From a bacterium (GTDB taxonomy: Bacteria > SZUA-182 > DTGQ01 > JAFGSM01), in the NCBI GenBank assembly GCA_049472335.1, contig JBLIRO010000009.1, forward strand, positions 17,920 through 81,919: a stretch of DNA of 64,000 bases, read 5' to 3'. How positions within the stretch are numbered: position 1 is the first letter of the stretch; every line of letters begins with the position of its first letter. A program made the translations under genes and the position numbers. The notes beneath the pieces were generated by a model. That model saw nothing but the letters and a program-made list of their open reading frames with translations. It did not search any database and had not been told where the DNA came from. Shown one piece after another: positions 38,327 to 48,889 of the stretch.

Positions 38327-38848
38327 ATGTCCAAGAAATTTTTTCTGATATTTTTTGTGATTTGCCTGTGGATTGTCTTACCTTTCTTTGTTGTTTCAGC
38401 ACAGATAGGTGTGGAAGTCCTGATTTATACAGGCAAGATCTCAGTGACAAGTAATAATGAGATATCGACTATCTATACGATGCCCCAGGAAGTAAAAGAT
38501 CTTCCTGCCAATACAATCATAGAATGCATTGACGGAGTGGCAATTTTTAAGATCGGAGAGGTCCAGGTCGTCCTGGAGACAGGGGATAAACTTCAGCTCT
38601 TATCGATGGAAGATAAAGAAAAAGTTAATATGATATGTATATCCGGAGAGATTGAAGCCATGTGGGGAGAAGAATTTTTCAAATTAACCCAGGAACAGAT
38701 ATTAGGTCTCAGTAGTGAAGGAAAGCCTCTTATTGACCAGGCAGAGGGTATTGTCTTTCCTGAGTCAGGTGCAAGAAGCAAACAAACACCATCTGCCATA
38801 ACACCTCCCGACCCTGATGAAGCCATTTATACAAGTTCTCATCTCTGA
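38327..38848 (+). CDS. Secreted hypothetical protein (possibly FecR-like beta domain)
   Basis: Signal peptide ..VSA|Q; alternating beta pattern, ISGEIEA. Confidence 0.65.
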   Translation: MSKKFFLIFFVICLWIVLPFFVVSAQIGVEVLIYTGKISVTSNNEISTIYTMPQEVKDLPANTIIECIDGVAIFKIGEVQVVLETGDKLQLLSMEDKEKVNMICISGEIEAMWGEEFFKLTQEQILGLSSEGKPLIDQAEGIVFPESGARSKQTPSAITPPDPDEAIYTSSHL

Positions 38849-38895
38849 TAACTTTTTTTGAGGTGATCTGAGCTTTTACAAGGTGTCTGATTAAA

Positions 38896-39522
38896 ATGTC
38901 AAAATGTGTAATTTGCAGAAATAGAAAAGGAAAACGTTTTTGTCCTGAGCAAAACGGGATGATCTGCGCCCCTTGTTGTGGAAACAGGATCTATAGCAAA
39001 GCGGATTGTCATCAGGATTGCGTATACTTGAAATCAAGTCAGGATTTTAAAAAACAAAAGGATAATGACAAAGGTGCTCAAGAGGATTTGGATATAAATA
39101 TCGATTGGCCGATAATAAGACTAATGGAAAAGAGTATCTATGATTGTTTGAAAAATGATATTTATTATGAGGACCGAGACATAATCCTGGGCATTGAAAG
39201 AAAGATCAAAGCCCTTGAACACCCTGATATTCCACAGGAGATTTTGCTTAACCGATCAGGGGTTATAGAATCCGCATTGGATGAAATGATAAGAAGTATT
39301 CATATGGAGGAGGGTATCGATTTTTCTGATGAAAGAATACTTCACGCATTGCGTTCTCATGCCCGCTTAGTCAGACATGAAGGGAGCAGCAGAAAAGGCG
39401 GACACCGTTATATAGATATTCTAAAGAAAAGGATAACAGAGATCGAAGAGCAATTTAAAAAAGAGAGATCAAAGGAAGAAGAAGGACCGGATCATCCTCT
39501 CATAACCCTCCCTTTCGGCTAA
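38896..39522 (+). CDS. Hypothetical protein with Cys-rich putative zinc-binding N-terminus
   Basis: CVIC..KGKRFCP..ICAPCCG..C..DC. Confidence 0.7.
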   Translation: MSKCVICRNRKGKRFCPEQNGMICAPCCGNRIYSKADCHQDCVYLKSSQDFKKQKDNDKGAQEDLDINIDWPIIRLMEKSIYDCLKNDIYYEDRDIILGIERKIKALEHPDIPQEILLNRSGVIESALDEMIRSIHMEEGIDFSDERILHALRSHARLVRHEGSSRKGGHRYIDILKKRITEIEEQFKKERSKEEEGPDHPLITLPFG

Positions 39523-40413
39523 TAGATCAAGATGAATAGTAGCAAGATCATCAAGTTGAAAATCAATCGGCTTTTTTCCTTCCCTTTTTCTTGCTTCAAG
39601 AGTTTTTATATATTTCCCGCATTTTTCACAAACACAAACCCTGTCTTTTTCCTCCTTTATTTCTTCTTCATCCAGAGAGAAATAGTTTAAGTCCTTTTGA
39701 TCTGTATTATGACAATAAGGACATTTGAGCCTGGGGTAAGCCCAAGAGGTGTCACACCATGAACAAATGAGACTTCTTCTGCCTTCCTCCCCTTCAATAT
39801 ATGCCAGCAAAGGATATGAACCGCATATGGGGCAATAGGATTGGGACCAGATTGATTTTTCGGACGGAAGATAAGAATTAAGTGCAATGCCGCAGGTATT
39901 ACCAAAAGGCTTGAGGCTGTTCCTTATTAAAAAACCGATAATCTCTCCGTTTTTTTCTTTTTGATTCGATTCCTTGATTGTATCCTCATCCCCTTTTAAG
40001 GTTGATAATGCCAATTTCCATATATCGATTTCCTTGTTTTCAAACCTTTTCAATAATTCAAGGATCTTCGATTTAAGAGGTTTACGTTTTTCGGCCACGG
40101 TTAGCGAAATCCTTTTGAATACCTCTTTGAATTGAATAAAAGGTACGGTTATTTCTGATTTTTTAAGAAGCGGGAATCCCTCTTTCATCTTAATATTTAT
40201 AAGCTCCGGGATTAATTTGGGAAAGATGAGATCAAGTTCCGGTTGTATATTTTTCTGCTCCACAAAAAGTTCATATCCAAATAACACTATTTCACGCAAT
40301 GGAGGATATTTATTTATAAGCATAATAAGGGATTCAGGGATTTTTTTGTCTGGCATATTATTATAATAAAGAATATTATGGAAGAAATTTATTTTATTAA
40401 ATATAAAACGCAT
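39469..40413 (-). CDS. fdhE: Formate dehydrogenase accessory protein FdhE (true start probably ATG 40356)
   Basis: CPICGS, CSWC..W..RLKCPYC, CEKC..YIK, DDLATIHLDLLA..EGY. Confidence 0.88.
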   Translation of the reverse strand: MRFIFNKINFFHNILYYNNMPDKKIPESLIMLINKYPPLREIVLFGYELFVEQKNIQPELDLIFPKLIPELINIKMKEGFPLLKKSEITVPFIQFKEVFKRISLTVAEKRKPLKSKILELLKRFENKEIDIWKLALSTLKGDEDTIKESNQKEKNGEIIGFLIRNSLKPFGNTCGIALNSYLPSEKSIWSQSYCPICGSYPLLAYIEGEEGRRSLICSWCDTSWAYPRLKCPYCHNTDQKDLNYFSLDEEEIKEEKDRVCVCEKCGKYIKTLEARKREGKKPIDFQLDDLATIHLDLLAEREGYERMIRSFFFL

Positions 40414-40519
40414 TCCATACCTTGTAACGAATATGCAATCAAATACTTAATATAAACCAAAAATTTATCATATATGTTTTTATAAGTCAATTTTAAACTG
40501 GTTTTTAAAGTGATGCGTC

Positions 40520-40535
40520 AGGCATGAATCTTGCT
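40520..40535 (+). promoter_or_regulatory. Sigma-54 (-24/-12) promoter upstream of the gsp operon
   Basis: AGGCAT-GAATC-TTGCT. Confidence 0.65.
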
Positions 40536-40632
40536 TATTTCTCTTAAATGTCTTCTGCAGATATTTTTTGGAAGTAGAGGAAATATTCGATTATTTATAT
40601 GCTAATAAACTAAAAACTCCCTGTCCCCGGTG

Positions 40633-40661
40633 TTGACTTGGTATGTGTGATAAGCTATACT
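40633..40661 (+). promoter_or_regulatory. Sigma-70 promoter upstream of gspE
   Basis: TTGACT-N17-TATACT. Confidence 0.65.
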
Positions 40662-40693
40662 TAAACTAAATTGTTTACAAAAATCAAAGAGTT

Positions 40694-42430
40694 TTGGAGG
40701 TTTTAATATTGTCTCTGCCTGAAAACAGATTAGGAGACCTTTTGATTAAAAAAGGGCTTCTCTCCAAGGAAGATTTGGGTAAAGCCATTGAGCAGCAATC
40801 TCATACCGCCGAAAGGCTTGGTAAAGTGCTCATGGATCTGGGATTTATCTCGGAAGATGATCTTTATAAGACACTTAGTGAACAACTTAATATACCGTTT
40901 TTGTCGAAATCCGATTATCCTGAAACTCCCATACTTGATATAGACTTTTCCCTCAAGTTTATGCGCCAGTATAAATTTTTTCCTTTAGAGATTAAGGACA
41001 AAACCCTGAGCGTGGCCATGAGCGATCCCATAGACCTCTACACAATTGACGAATTGAGACTTTTTACAAAATGTAAAGTGCGTGTATATGTCTCAAAGGA
41101 ATCGGATGTGCTTGCCGCCATAGAGCAGCGTTACGGGGGTGGCGCTACCACCATGGAAAAAATCATAGAGGATATGGCCGAGGAAGAGCTGCAACTTCTT
41201 GCGTCTGGAGAAGAGGAAGATATCGATCACCTTCGGGATATGGCTTCAGAGGCACCGGTAATAAAACTGGTGAACCTGTTTATTTCCAGGGCCATAGAAG
41301 ATGAAGCCAGCGATATACATATTGAGCCTTTTGAAGAGAGACTGGTGGTAAGATTCAGGATCGATGGGATTTTACACGATATCGAATCGCCTCCCAGACG
41401 TCTTCAGGCGGCTATCATTTCCAGGGTCAAGATCATGGCTAACTTGAATATAGCAGAAAGAAGGCTGCCCCAGGACGGAAGGGTCAGATTAAGGGTCGCC
41501 GGGAAGAAGATAGATCTGAGGGTTTCTTCGGTGCCAACCCTTTATGGCGAAAGTGTGGTCATGAGGATTCTGGACAGAGGCAGTATACTTCTCAGTATTG
41601 AGGACCTGGGATTCCCTTCTGATAAGTTGAAGGATTTCGCCCGATTGATCCGTAAACCACACGGGATCATATTGGTTACAGGGCCGACCGGTAGCGGAAA
41701 GACAACCACCCTTTACGCAGCCCTGGAGAAAATAAATTCGCCCGACAAGAAGATCATCACTGTAGAAGATCCTGTGGAATATCAAATGAGCGGGGTCAAT
41801 CAGATTCAGGTTAATCCAAAGATAGGCCTGACCTTTGCCAGCGGTATGAGGTCGATCGTCCGCCAGGACCCGGATATAATGATGGTAGGCGAAATAAGGG
41901 ACAGGGAAACAGCGGAGATCGCTATTCAGTCTGCATTGACAGGACACCTTGTCTTTTCAACCCTGCATACCAACGATGCTCCCGGCGCTATAACCAGGCT
42001 TCTGGATATGGGGGTGGAGAGCTATCTCGTTTCTTCATGTCTGGAGGGTATATTGGCCCAGAGGCTGGTTAGGGTCATTTGTAAAGATTGTAAACAGCCC
42101 GTTGTCCCGGAAAAAAAGGTATTGGAGCAGATGGATGCTTATGCCAAGGATATCAAGCTTGCGTACCGGGGAAAAGGATGCGAGATGTGCAAATCCACGG
42201 GATACCATGGACGTAGCGGTATTTTCGAACTCTTGACCGTTACCGAACAGATTCGCGGGATGATCCTGGAAAAGACCAGTGCAAACGTTTTAAGACAAAA
42301 GGCCATTCAGCAGGGTCTCAAGACTTTACGGGATGATGGATGGGACAAAGTAAGGCGGGGGGTTACAACTATTGAGGAGGTCCTGAGAGTGACACGAGAA
42401 GAAGAATTGGTCGGGCTGATGGAGGAATAA
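40694..42430 (+). CDS. gspE: Type II secretion ATPase (likely start TTG 40709 after GGAGG)
   Basis: RLGDLL..G N-terminal motif (MshEN-like), ASDIHIEP, RLPQDGR, GPTGSGKT, RQDPD, TGHLVFSTLHTND, CxxC zinc pair. Confidence 0.95.
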   Translation: MEVLILSLPENRLGDLLIKKGLLSKEDLGKAIEQQSHTAERLGKVLMDLGFISEDDLYKTLSEQLNIPFLSKSDYPETPILDIDFSLKFMRQYKFFPLEIKDKTLSVAMSDPIDLYTIDELRLFTKCKVRVYVSKESDVLAAIEQRYGGGATTMEKIIEDMAEEELQLLASGEEEDIDHLRDMASEAPVIKLVNLFISRAIEDEASDIHIEPFEERLVVRFRIDGILHDIESPPRRLQAAIISRVKIMANLNIAERRLPQDGRVRLRVAGKKIDLRVSSVPTLYGESVVMRILDRGSILLSIEDLGFPSDKLKDFARLIRKPHGIILVTGPTGSGKTTTLYAALEKINSPDKKIITVEDPVEYQMSGVNQIQVNPKIGLTFASGMRSIVRQDPDIMMVGEIRDRETAEIAIQSALTGHLVFSTLHTNDAPGAITRLLDMGVESYLVSSCLEGILAQRLVRVICKDCKQPVVPEKKVLEQMDAYAKDIKLAYRGKGCEMCKSTGYHGRSGIFELLTVTEQIRGMILEKTSANVLRQKAIQQGLKTLRDDGWDKVRRGVTTIEEVLRVTREEELVGLMEE

Positions 42431-42439
42431 TATAGGACT

Positions 42440-43663
42440 ATGGCCGTATTTGTCTATAAAGCTGCTGATAAAACAGGTAATATTGTTTCGGGGACCATGG
42501 AGGCCAAGGATAAGGCCATGGTTATAAGCAGGCTTCAGGCTTCTTCCTTTTTCCCGATAAAGATCGAACAGGGCGCGGGTACACGCGCTTCTTTTTCGGA
42601 ACGTGTCAAAGGCAAACGACTTCTTGAAAGGGTCAACAACAAAGATATACTGAGTTTTACCCAGCAATTGGCAACATTGACAGGTTCTGCTGTTTCACTG
42701 GACCGGAGCCTTTCCATACTTAAACAATTAGCTGCAAAAGAGAAATTAGCTTCCATCATTGATGATATCTATAAAAATGTCCATGGAGGGAGCCTTTTTG
42801 CCGATGCCCTGGCCCAGCATCCCAAACATTTCTCAAAACTTTACATAAACATGGTTAAAGCCGGAGAAGCCGGCGGGGTCCTTGAAGCAGTGCTTGCCAG
42901 GCTGGCGGAGTTTTTGGAAAGCGCTCAGGAACTGAGAGAAAATATAATAAGCGCGCTTATTTATCCGATAATCCTGACCCTGGTCAGCGGCGCTGCCGTG
43001 GCAATAATCATGATCTTTGTAATCCCTAAATTTAAACTGATCTTTATGGATATGGGTCAGTCCCTGCCGATGATAACCCAGGTCGTGCTTGGTTTTAGTC
43101 AGGGGATTAAAGATTACTGGTGGATGATATTGGGAGTTTTGGTTGTTATTTTCTACTTTATTAAACGATATATCAATACACCTAAGGGAAGATGGAAATG
43201 GGACCGGACGAAACTGAATATGCCCGTTTTGGGAGATCTCGTTCAAAAGGTGGAGATCGCTCGTTTTACAAGGACATTAGGAACCCTTATTCAGAGCGGT
43301 GTTCCAATACTTCAGTCAATGAATATAGTTAAGGATATCGTAGGCAACACAATTGTCTCCAAGGCTATCGGAAATGCTCAAAGCAGTATAAAGGAAGGGG
43401 AGAAAATATCGGAGCCCCTTAAGGAGAGCGGTGTTTTTCCACCATTGGCCGTACACATGATCGATGTGGGGGAAGAGACAGGGCAACTGGAAAACATGTT
43501 GTTTAAGGTTGCGGATTCATTCGAGGCTGAGGTGCGCACCGCGGTAAAGAGATTGGTTGGGCTTTTAGAGCCCGCCCTTATCCTGCTTATGGGAGTTGTC
43601 GTGGGTCTTTTAGTGATTTCCATGCTTATTGCCATATTTAGTCTCAATGAAATGCCATTTTAG
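42440..43663 (+). CDS. gspF: Type II secretion inner-membrane platform protein
   Basis: FTQQLATL, MVKAGEAGG, GEETGQL, LLEP; 3 TM helices. Confidence 0.93.
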   Translation: MAVFVYKAADKTGNIVSGTMEAKDKAMVISRLQASSFFPIKIEQGAGTRASFSERVKGKRLLERVNNKDILSFTQQLATLTGSAVSLDRSLSILKQLAAKEKLASIIDDIYKNVHGGSLFADALAQHPKHFSKLYINMVKAGEAGGVLEAVLARLAEFLESAQELRENIISALIYPIILTLVSGAAVAIIMIFVIPKFKLIFMDMGQSLPMITQVVLGFSQGIKDYWWMILGVLVVIFYFIKRYINTPKGRWKWDRTKLNMPVLGDLVQKVEIARFTRTLGTLIQSGVPILQSMNIVKDIVGNTIVSKAIGNAQSSIKEGEKISEPLKESGVFPPLAVHMIDVGEETGQLENMLFKVADSFEAEVRTAVKRLVGLLEPALILLMGVVVGLLVISMLIAIFSLNEMPF

Positions 43664-43772
43664 TATCTTTCGGGTGAGATGCAACTATCCCTTATCCGTT
43701 TGATTGTACAGTTTGTCTAAAATATAAATATATAGTTGATTTTGATCTAAGAACCAAAATTTTCAGGAGGAT

Positions 43773-44237
43773 ATGATGGTAAGAAAAAAATGGGAAGATT
43801 TGCAATTGGTCTCTCAGAGAGGTTTTACCCTGATAGAACTCCTTGTGGTTATGATAATCATAAGCATGTTGGCTGCGTTAGTCGGGCCGAGGGTTTTCAA
43901 TAAATTGGGCAGAGCGAAGAGACAGGCGGCGGAAGCACAAATCTCCCAATTAGAGGCTGCTTTAGATATTTATCGCCTGGATACCGGGCATTATCCGGAG
44001 AATCTGGAAGCTTTGGTTGACCGGCCGCCTGGGGAAGATCTCTGGGATGGCCCCTATCTGAAAAAAGATAAGATACCAAAAGATCCCTGGAAGAATGATT
44101 ATGTTCTTGTTAAATCGGGTGATGAAGTTCACGTGAAGTCCTATGGGGCAGATGGCCAGGACGGGGGAGAAGGAGAAAATGCTGACATACCGTCTGATTC
44201 TGAGTTTGAGGATGGCAGAGTAATTCCACCCGGTTAA
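43773..44237 (+). CDS. gspG: Major pseudopilin
   Basis: GFTLIELLVV, YRLDTGHYP, WDGPYL, PKDPW, SYGADG..GGEGENADI. Confidence 0.95.
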   Translation: MMVRKKWEDLQLVSQRGFTLIELLVVMIIISMLAALVGPRVFNKLGRAKRQAAEAQISQLEAALDIYRLDTGHYPENLEALVDRPPGEDLWDGPYLKKDKIPKDPWKNDYVLVKSGDEVHVKSYGADGQDGGEGENADIPSDSEFEDGRVIPPG

Positions 44238-44278
44238 TCCGCTTGGTATGAGAGTGTTAAAAACGTTACTGGAGTTTT

Positions 44279-44863
44279 ATGAAAAATACCAATAGCTATA
44301 TTGGTGGCTTCACCCTGATTGAAATGCTTATTGTTATGGCTGTTATAGCCATTGTGGCAGGACTTGTAGCGCCCCGGGCATGGAAAACGATGGCCAATTT
44401 AAGACTTCGGTCGGCCGTGCGAAACTGTTCGGCGGTAATGAGATATGCTAAGAGCGTAGCGGTAAGTACCCAGAAAGACCAGAAGATCAGCTTTATGCTT
44501 AATAGTAATGATGATCCTAATATAAGGGATTATTATACGTTCCAAAGGGTGAGCCGGTCTTCTGGAAATGAAAATAAGGAGACAGAAGATATAAGCGATG
44601 AATATGAAGAAGGGCTGAGGGAGAAAACAGAGCTTAAGAGTGAGAAAAAAAGCAAGGTGCTGGATGCAGGGATGTCCCTGAGCTGGAGGGACAATCCGGA
44701 TAGCGACTGGGAAGAGGAGGGGGAGCATGAAATAACCTTTTATTCACGCGGTTTTGCTTCAGGTGGTGAGATAAGGTTCGCGTTTTTGGATGATGGCAGG
44801 GCCTATATACTTAAGTTAGATCCTGTGACCGGTCGGGTGCAGACCTCCATAGAAGAGGAATAG
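44279..44863 (+). CDS. gspH: Minor pseudopilin H
   Basis: GFTLIEML prepilin motif; ITFYSRG.ASGG, DPVTGRV; position in operon. Confidence 0.85.
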   Translation: MKNTNSYIGGFTLIEMLIVMAVIAIVAGLVAPRAWKTMANLRLRSAVRNCSAVMRYAKSVAVSTQKDQKISFMLNSNDDPNIRDYYTFQRVSRSSGNENKETEDISDEYEEGLREKTELKSEKKSKVLDAGMSLSWRDNPDSDWEEEGEHEITFYSRGFASGGEIRFAFLDDGRAYILKLDPVTGRVQTSIEEE

Positions 44864-44869
44864 TCTGGC

Positions 44870-45325
44870 ATGACCGATTTTTTGAAAGGCGAAAAGGGAT
44901 TCACGCTACTTGAAATTATGGTAGCAATGGCCATAATGGCAATAGCTCTGGTTACTGTTATTCAGCTTTTTTCAGGTGCTTTGCGATCAGCCAAGGTTTC
45001 CCATGACTATTCATTGGCTGTTATGGGTGCTAAAGAGAAGCTGGATAAAGCCCTTGCCGTATCCACATTGGATGAATTCGATGAACTGGAAAAAACTGGC
45101 GAGTTCGAGAGTGAAGAACTGAAGGATTACCGATGGGAGATCACTGGACCGGATGAGTATCAGATACCCGATGGTTTGGCATTGGATGTAGAAGAGGAAA
45201 GCGGGGTTCTTAGTGATTTGCCTTTTAAATTATATCAGATTGGTGTCACTGTAAGATGGGCATCAGGCTTGCATGAAAAAGAGATAAGTTACAAGACATT
45301 GAAGATACTGGAGGAAAAGGATTAA
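44870..45325 (+). CDS. gspI: Minor pseudopilin I
   Basis: GFTLLEIMVAMAI, YRW, VTVRW; position in operon. Confidence 0.85.
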   Translation: MTDFLKGEKGFTLLEIMVAMAIMAIALVTVIQLFSGALRSAKVSHDYSLAVMGAKEKLDKALAVSTLDEFDELEKTGEFESEELKDYRWEITGPDEYQIPDGLALDVEEESGVLSDLPFKLYQIGVTVRWASGLHEKEISYKTLKILEEKD

Positions 45326-46118
45326 AGTCTATCGTGTTTTAAAAAGGCGGGAAACAGGATTTACATTACTCGAATTGGTTATATCAATTACTATTCTCTC
45401 TCTTATTATGGGAATAATACTGGGAGCTATGCGTCTTGGAAGTAGATCATGGGAAGCCGGGGAAAAAAGGATAGATCGATTACAAAGAACGAGGATAACA
45501 TATGACATCATCTCTGAGGATATAAAATCTATACTGCCTTCAGGAATTAAAAAAAGAAGCGATCAGGGCACTCAATTTATATGTCCGAAAGGACAGGGCT
45601 GCAGTCAGAAAGCTGCTTTGTTTATTGGTGAAAGCGATAGAATCAAGTTTGTGTCGACAAATCCGGGTGTTCATTATAGTTTAAACAAAAGTAAATATCG
45701 CGTGGTAAGTTATTATCTGGGTCAGACTCATGACTCAGATTATAAGGGTGTTGTTATGGAGGAACAGGCGTGGCTTTTTCCGGATTTTTTCCGTTTTGAG
45801 ACTTTATGCAGTATGTGTGAAGCTGAAGAAGATGAATTTGAAAATGACACATTCATCCATTCAATTTACCCGGATGTTACTGAGCTTACGTTCAGGTATT
45901 ACGGAACTCATGACGGTGATGAGGAGCCTGACTGGTATGAAACCTGGAACACTCTGGAAGATCTGTGTTCATGTGATCCTGGAATGATCCAGGATTCTTT
46001 GCCTGAAAAGGTGGAAGTGAAGATGATACGGCCGAAGATTATGGGATCTGAAGATGATGAAGAGTTAGGGGAGGTTGTATTCGAGGTGAATATTGAGGGA
46101 ATACAACAAAAGGAATGA
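45321..46118 (+). CDS. gspJ: Minor pseudopilin J (probable non-canonical ATT start at 45321)
   Basis: In-frame GFTLLEL (from 45357) lies upstream of the first standard start (TTG 45375); upstream in-frame stop at 45300; GGAGG 6 nt before ATT. Confidence 0.8.
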   Translation: MKVYRVLKRRETGFTLLELVISITILSLIMGIILGAMRLGSRSWEAGEKRIDRLQRTRITYDIISEDIKSILPSGIKKRSDQGTQFICPKGQGCSQKAALFIGESDRIKFVSTNPGVHYSLNKSKYRVVSYYLGQTHDSDYKGVVMEEQAWLFPDFFRFETLCSMCEAEEDEFENDTFIHSIYPDVTELTFRYYGTHDGDEEPDWYETWNTLEDLCSCDPGMIQDSLPEKVEVKMIRPKIMGSEDDEELGEVVFEVNIEGIQQKE

Positions 46119-46171
46119 TTTTTAAAACAGCTAAAATGTTCCGGTTTTTATAAGGCATAAGGGATAAGCGT

Positions 46172-47227
46172 TTGAGATATAATATTTTCAGAGGGATTAG
46201 AGAGAAAAAAGATACGTTCCTTAAAATCGGTGACCAGGGGATAGCCCTGATGATGATACTTTGGGTCTTAATCCTTTTGGATATTATTGTCCTTCAATTT
46301 GCGGCATCCATGAGAACAGAGGTAGAAATTACAAAGAATTTCAGGGACAGGATGGAAGCTTATTATCTTGCCAGGGCAGGAATGGAATTGGCGCGTTTTG
46401 AGCTTATGTACGTGGCAAGCGTTGCAAAGAGCTCTCCGGTAGATAGAGGTAAAGGAATGATCGATTTTAGGGCGGGAAAGGCAGAAAGAGATTCAAATCC
46501 CCAGTGGAATAGGCAGGTCTCTTTGGGGCAGGGGGAATTTAATATTGAGTACCATATAATTGAAGAAAAATATGATCTCAATTATATGGCTTCTCAAGGA
46601 GGTGAAAGAGATCTGGAAGACGTTCTTGAGACATGCGGAGTAGAGCCTTCAAGCTCCGAGATGAGTATGCTCAAGCGGTCAATCATAGACTGGGCTGATC
46701 CTGATCATAATCTTTCCGGCCCGGATATTGGGGCCGAAGATGATTGGTATAAGGATAATTGGGAAGGATATCAGTGCAAAGACGACCGATTTTACTCGGT
46801 TGAAGAATTAGCCCTCATAAGAGGGCTGAGACCTGAAAAGGGCGATTCAGAGGAAGAAATAGAAGAGAAAAAAAGGATTTTAAACCAGCTTTATGATCGT
46901 GTAACAGCTCATCCATTCATTACCCATAAAAAGATTAATAAAAATGTGGCATCACCAGTTGTTCTGGGAGTCCAAGTTCCTGAACAGGATATACCGGGTA
47001 TCTTGTCAGATAGAGAGGAAGGTATCCCCGTAGACCAAATGAAACCAAGCTACTATGAGGTCATAACAACCGGATGGGTTAAGGGCAGCCTTGCTGAAAG
47101 ACAAATCAGGGCTGAATTTCAAATAGTGACGCCTAAGCAAATCCAGCTTTTTTCCTGGACGGATAATTATATACCCCTTAAGGAAAGGGACCCTAATCAG
47201 TGGTTTGATGGAGACATATCAATTTAG
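46172..47227 (+). CDS. gspK: Minor pseudopilin K
   Basis: QGIALMMILWV, AYYLARAG, IIDWADPD, GAEDDWY, SVEELALIRG. Confidence 0.9.
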   Translation: MRYNIFRGIREKKDTFLKIGDQGIALMMILWVLILLDIIVLQFAASMRTEVEITKNFRDRMEAYYLARAGMELARFELMYVASVAKSSPVDRGKGMIDFRAGKAERDSNPQWNRQVSLGQGEFNIEYHIIEEKYDLNYMASQGGERDLEDVLETCGVEPSSSEMSMLKRSIIDWADPDHNLSGPDIGAEDDWYKDNWEGYQCKDDRFYSVEELALIRGLRPEKGDSEEEIEEKKRILNQLYDRVTAHPFITHKKINKNVASPVVLGVQVPEQDIPGILSDREEGIPVDQMKPSYYEVITTGWVKGSLAERQIRAEFQIVTPKQIQLFSWTDNYIPLKERDPNQWFDGDISI

Positions 47228-47347
47228 GCAGAAGTAATGGAGCTACGTAAAAAACTGTGTTTTTTGGAATAGTTAATGAAAATTATAAAATGTTATAAAT
47301 TGATTATCTAAACAGAATGAAGAAATGATAAGAGAGAAAAAAGAAAA

Positions 47348-48889
47348 ATGTTTTATTTGCAGCAAAGCATAGGATTGGATTTCCGAGAGGACACGCTTAG
47401 GGCGGTGGTACTCGGGAGGACTGTAAAAAAGGATGTCCTGATTGATTATTTGATCAAGAGGTATGCACCCATTACGGATAAAACCCGCGAAGGCGAAGTT
47501 ATCGATGAAATGGTTGCAGATCTCAGGTCTTTCCTGGCCGGCCGTCCACGGCCGCCGGAGGTTATTTTAGGGCTTCCCAGGGACAAGGTGATTTTACGGG
47601 AGATCAATCTGCCGATTCTCGAAAAGGAGGAATTGAAGGAATTGATTTCTTATGAGATCGAACGTCATATTCCATTACCTTCCCAGGAGATTTATTATGA
47701 CTATCAGATTATGGAAAAGGTCTCGGAATCAAAACAGAAAATCATCCTGGGGATTATCCGGAAAGAGGATTTGGATTTCTATCTGACAATCCTGGAAAGG
47801 GTCGGTCTCGTCCCCACCCTTGCCACACCCGTAACCTTTGCCCTTAAAGATTGCCCCGCCTGCATGGATTTGGGCGATAAAAGCCCAAGTCTAATGGTTG
47901 ATTTCGGTGAGAAGGAATTTGAATTGGCGCTTGTACGAGGCAATAAATTCCTTTTAAGCCGGAGTATCCCTTTCAAAGAGGGTAAGCTGGATAATGATTT
48001 CATAATGGACCAAAAAGATATTCCGGAAGAAAAGGAACAAACGGAAGAGGATTCAACCTCCGTAAACATACAGACAAGGATATTGGGAGACGGTTTGCTT
48101 CAAACGGTCGGACAGTGGTTGAGGGCAACTGATCCTCCTTTGAATGAAGACCTGAAAAGGATTGTTTTAACAGGTATAAGTACATATGATTATCCTTTAC
48201 TGGCTGATTATTTACATGATCAGTTCGGAATAGATGTCCTGATTCCAAACCCCTTTCACGATTTGACCGAGAAAAAGATACCCGGACGCATAGTGTCGGC
48301 TCTCGCCATGGCTACCGGCTTGGCAGCCAAAGGATTGAAGGAAAAATTTTCCGATATCAATCTTCTTCCGCCTGATATGAGGGTAAGAAGAACATCGCAC
48401 GCGTTCAGCTTTTCCTTGGTTTTATTGGTTTTGCTGTTTCTACTGTTCACCGCAACTACTTATACCGGTCTGGGGGAAAATAGCAGTTTTTATCTGCCCA
48501 ACAGTATGAGACTGAAAAAGGTTACACATGCATCGAATGAGCTCCAGGATCAGGTTCATGAAGTTAAGGAGCTATCACAGAAGATTGATAAGGTCTCTAA
48601 AGAAGCAGAAGAGATCCAGAACCTGATGATAGGACGTGTGAGTAAATTGGAGATTCTGAAAGAGCTTAGCGCTCTCATCCCGGAAGATGCCTGGTTGGAT
48701 AAGGCTTTAATTACGAACGAAACGATCGAAATCAATGGTTATGCGGAGGCCTCTTCTCAACTCATAGGTATACTTGAGGATTCTCCCTTATTTGAGAACG
48801 TCATTTTCCCTTCTACCATTACAAAGAGGGGTGGACAAAAAGAGAGGTTCAGGATAAAGGCGAATATACAGAAGGGCGTGAAGGAATGA
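47348..48889 (+). CDS. gspL: T2SS GspL (PilM/PilN-like) protein
   Basis: Actin-like N-terminal domain (IGLD, YEIERHIP, YYDY), INLLP, TM helix, PilN-like C-terminus (PEDAWL, INGYA, LEDSPLF). Confidence 0.85.
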   Translation: MFYLQQSIGLDFREDTLRAVVLGRTVKKDVLIDYLIKRYAPITDKTREGEVIDEMVADLRSFLAGRPRPPEVILGLPRDKVILREINLPILEKEELKELISYEIERHIPLPSQEIYYDYQIMEKVSESKQKIILGIIRKEDLDFYLTILERVGLVPTLATPVTFALKDCPACMDLGDKSPSLMVDFGEKEFELALVRGNKFLLSRSIPFKEGKLDNDFIMDQKDIPEEKEQTEEDSTSVNIQTRILGDGLLQTVGQWLRATDPPLNEDLKRIVLTGISTYDYPLLADYLHDQFGIDVLIPNPFHDLTEKKIPGRIVSALAMATGLAAKGLKEKFSDINLLPPDMRVRRTSHAFSFSLVLLVLLFLLFTATTYTGLGENSSFYLPNSMRLKKVTHASNELQDQVHEVKELSQKIDKVSKEAEEIQNLMIGRVSKLEILKELSALIPEDAWLDKALITNETIEINGYAEASSQLIGILEDSPLFENVIFPSTITKRGGQKERFRIKANIQKGVKE

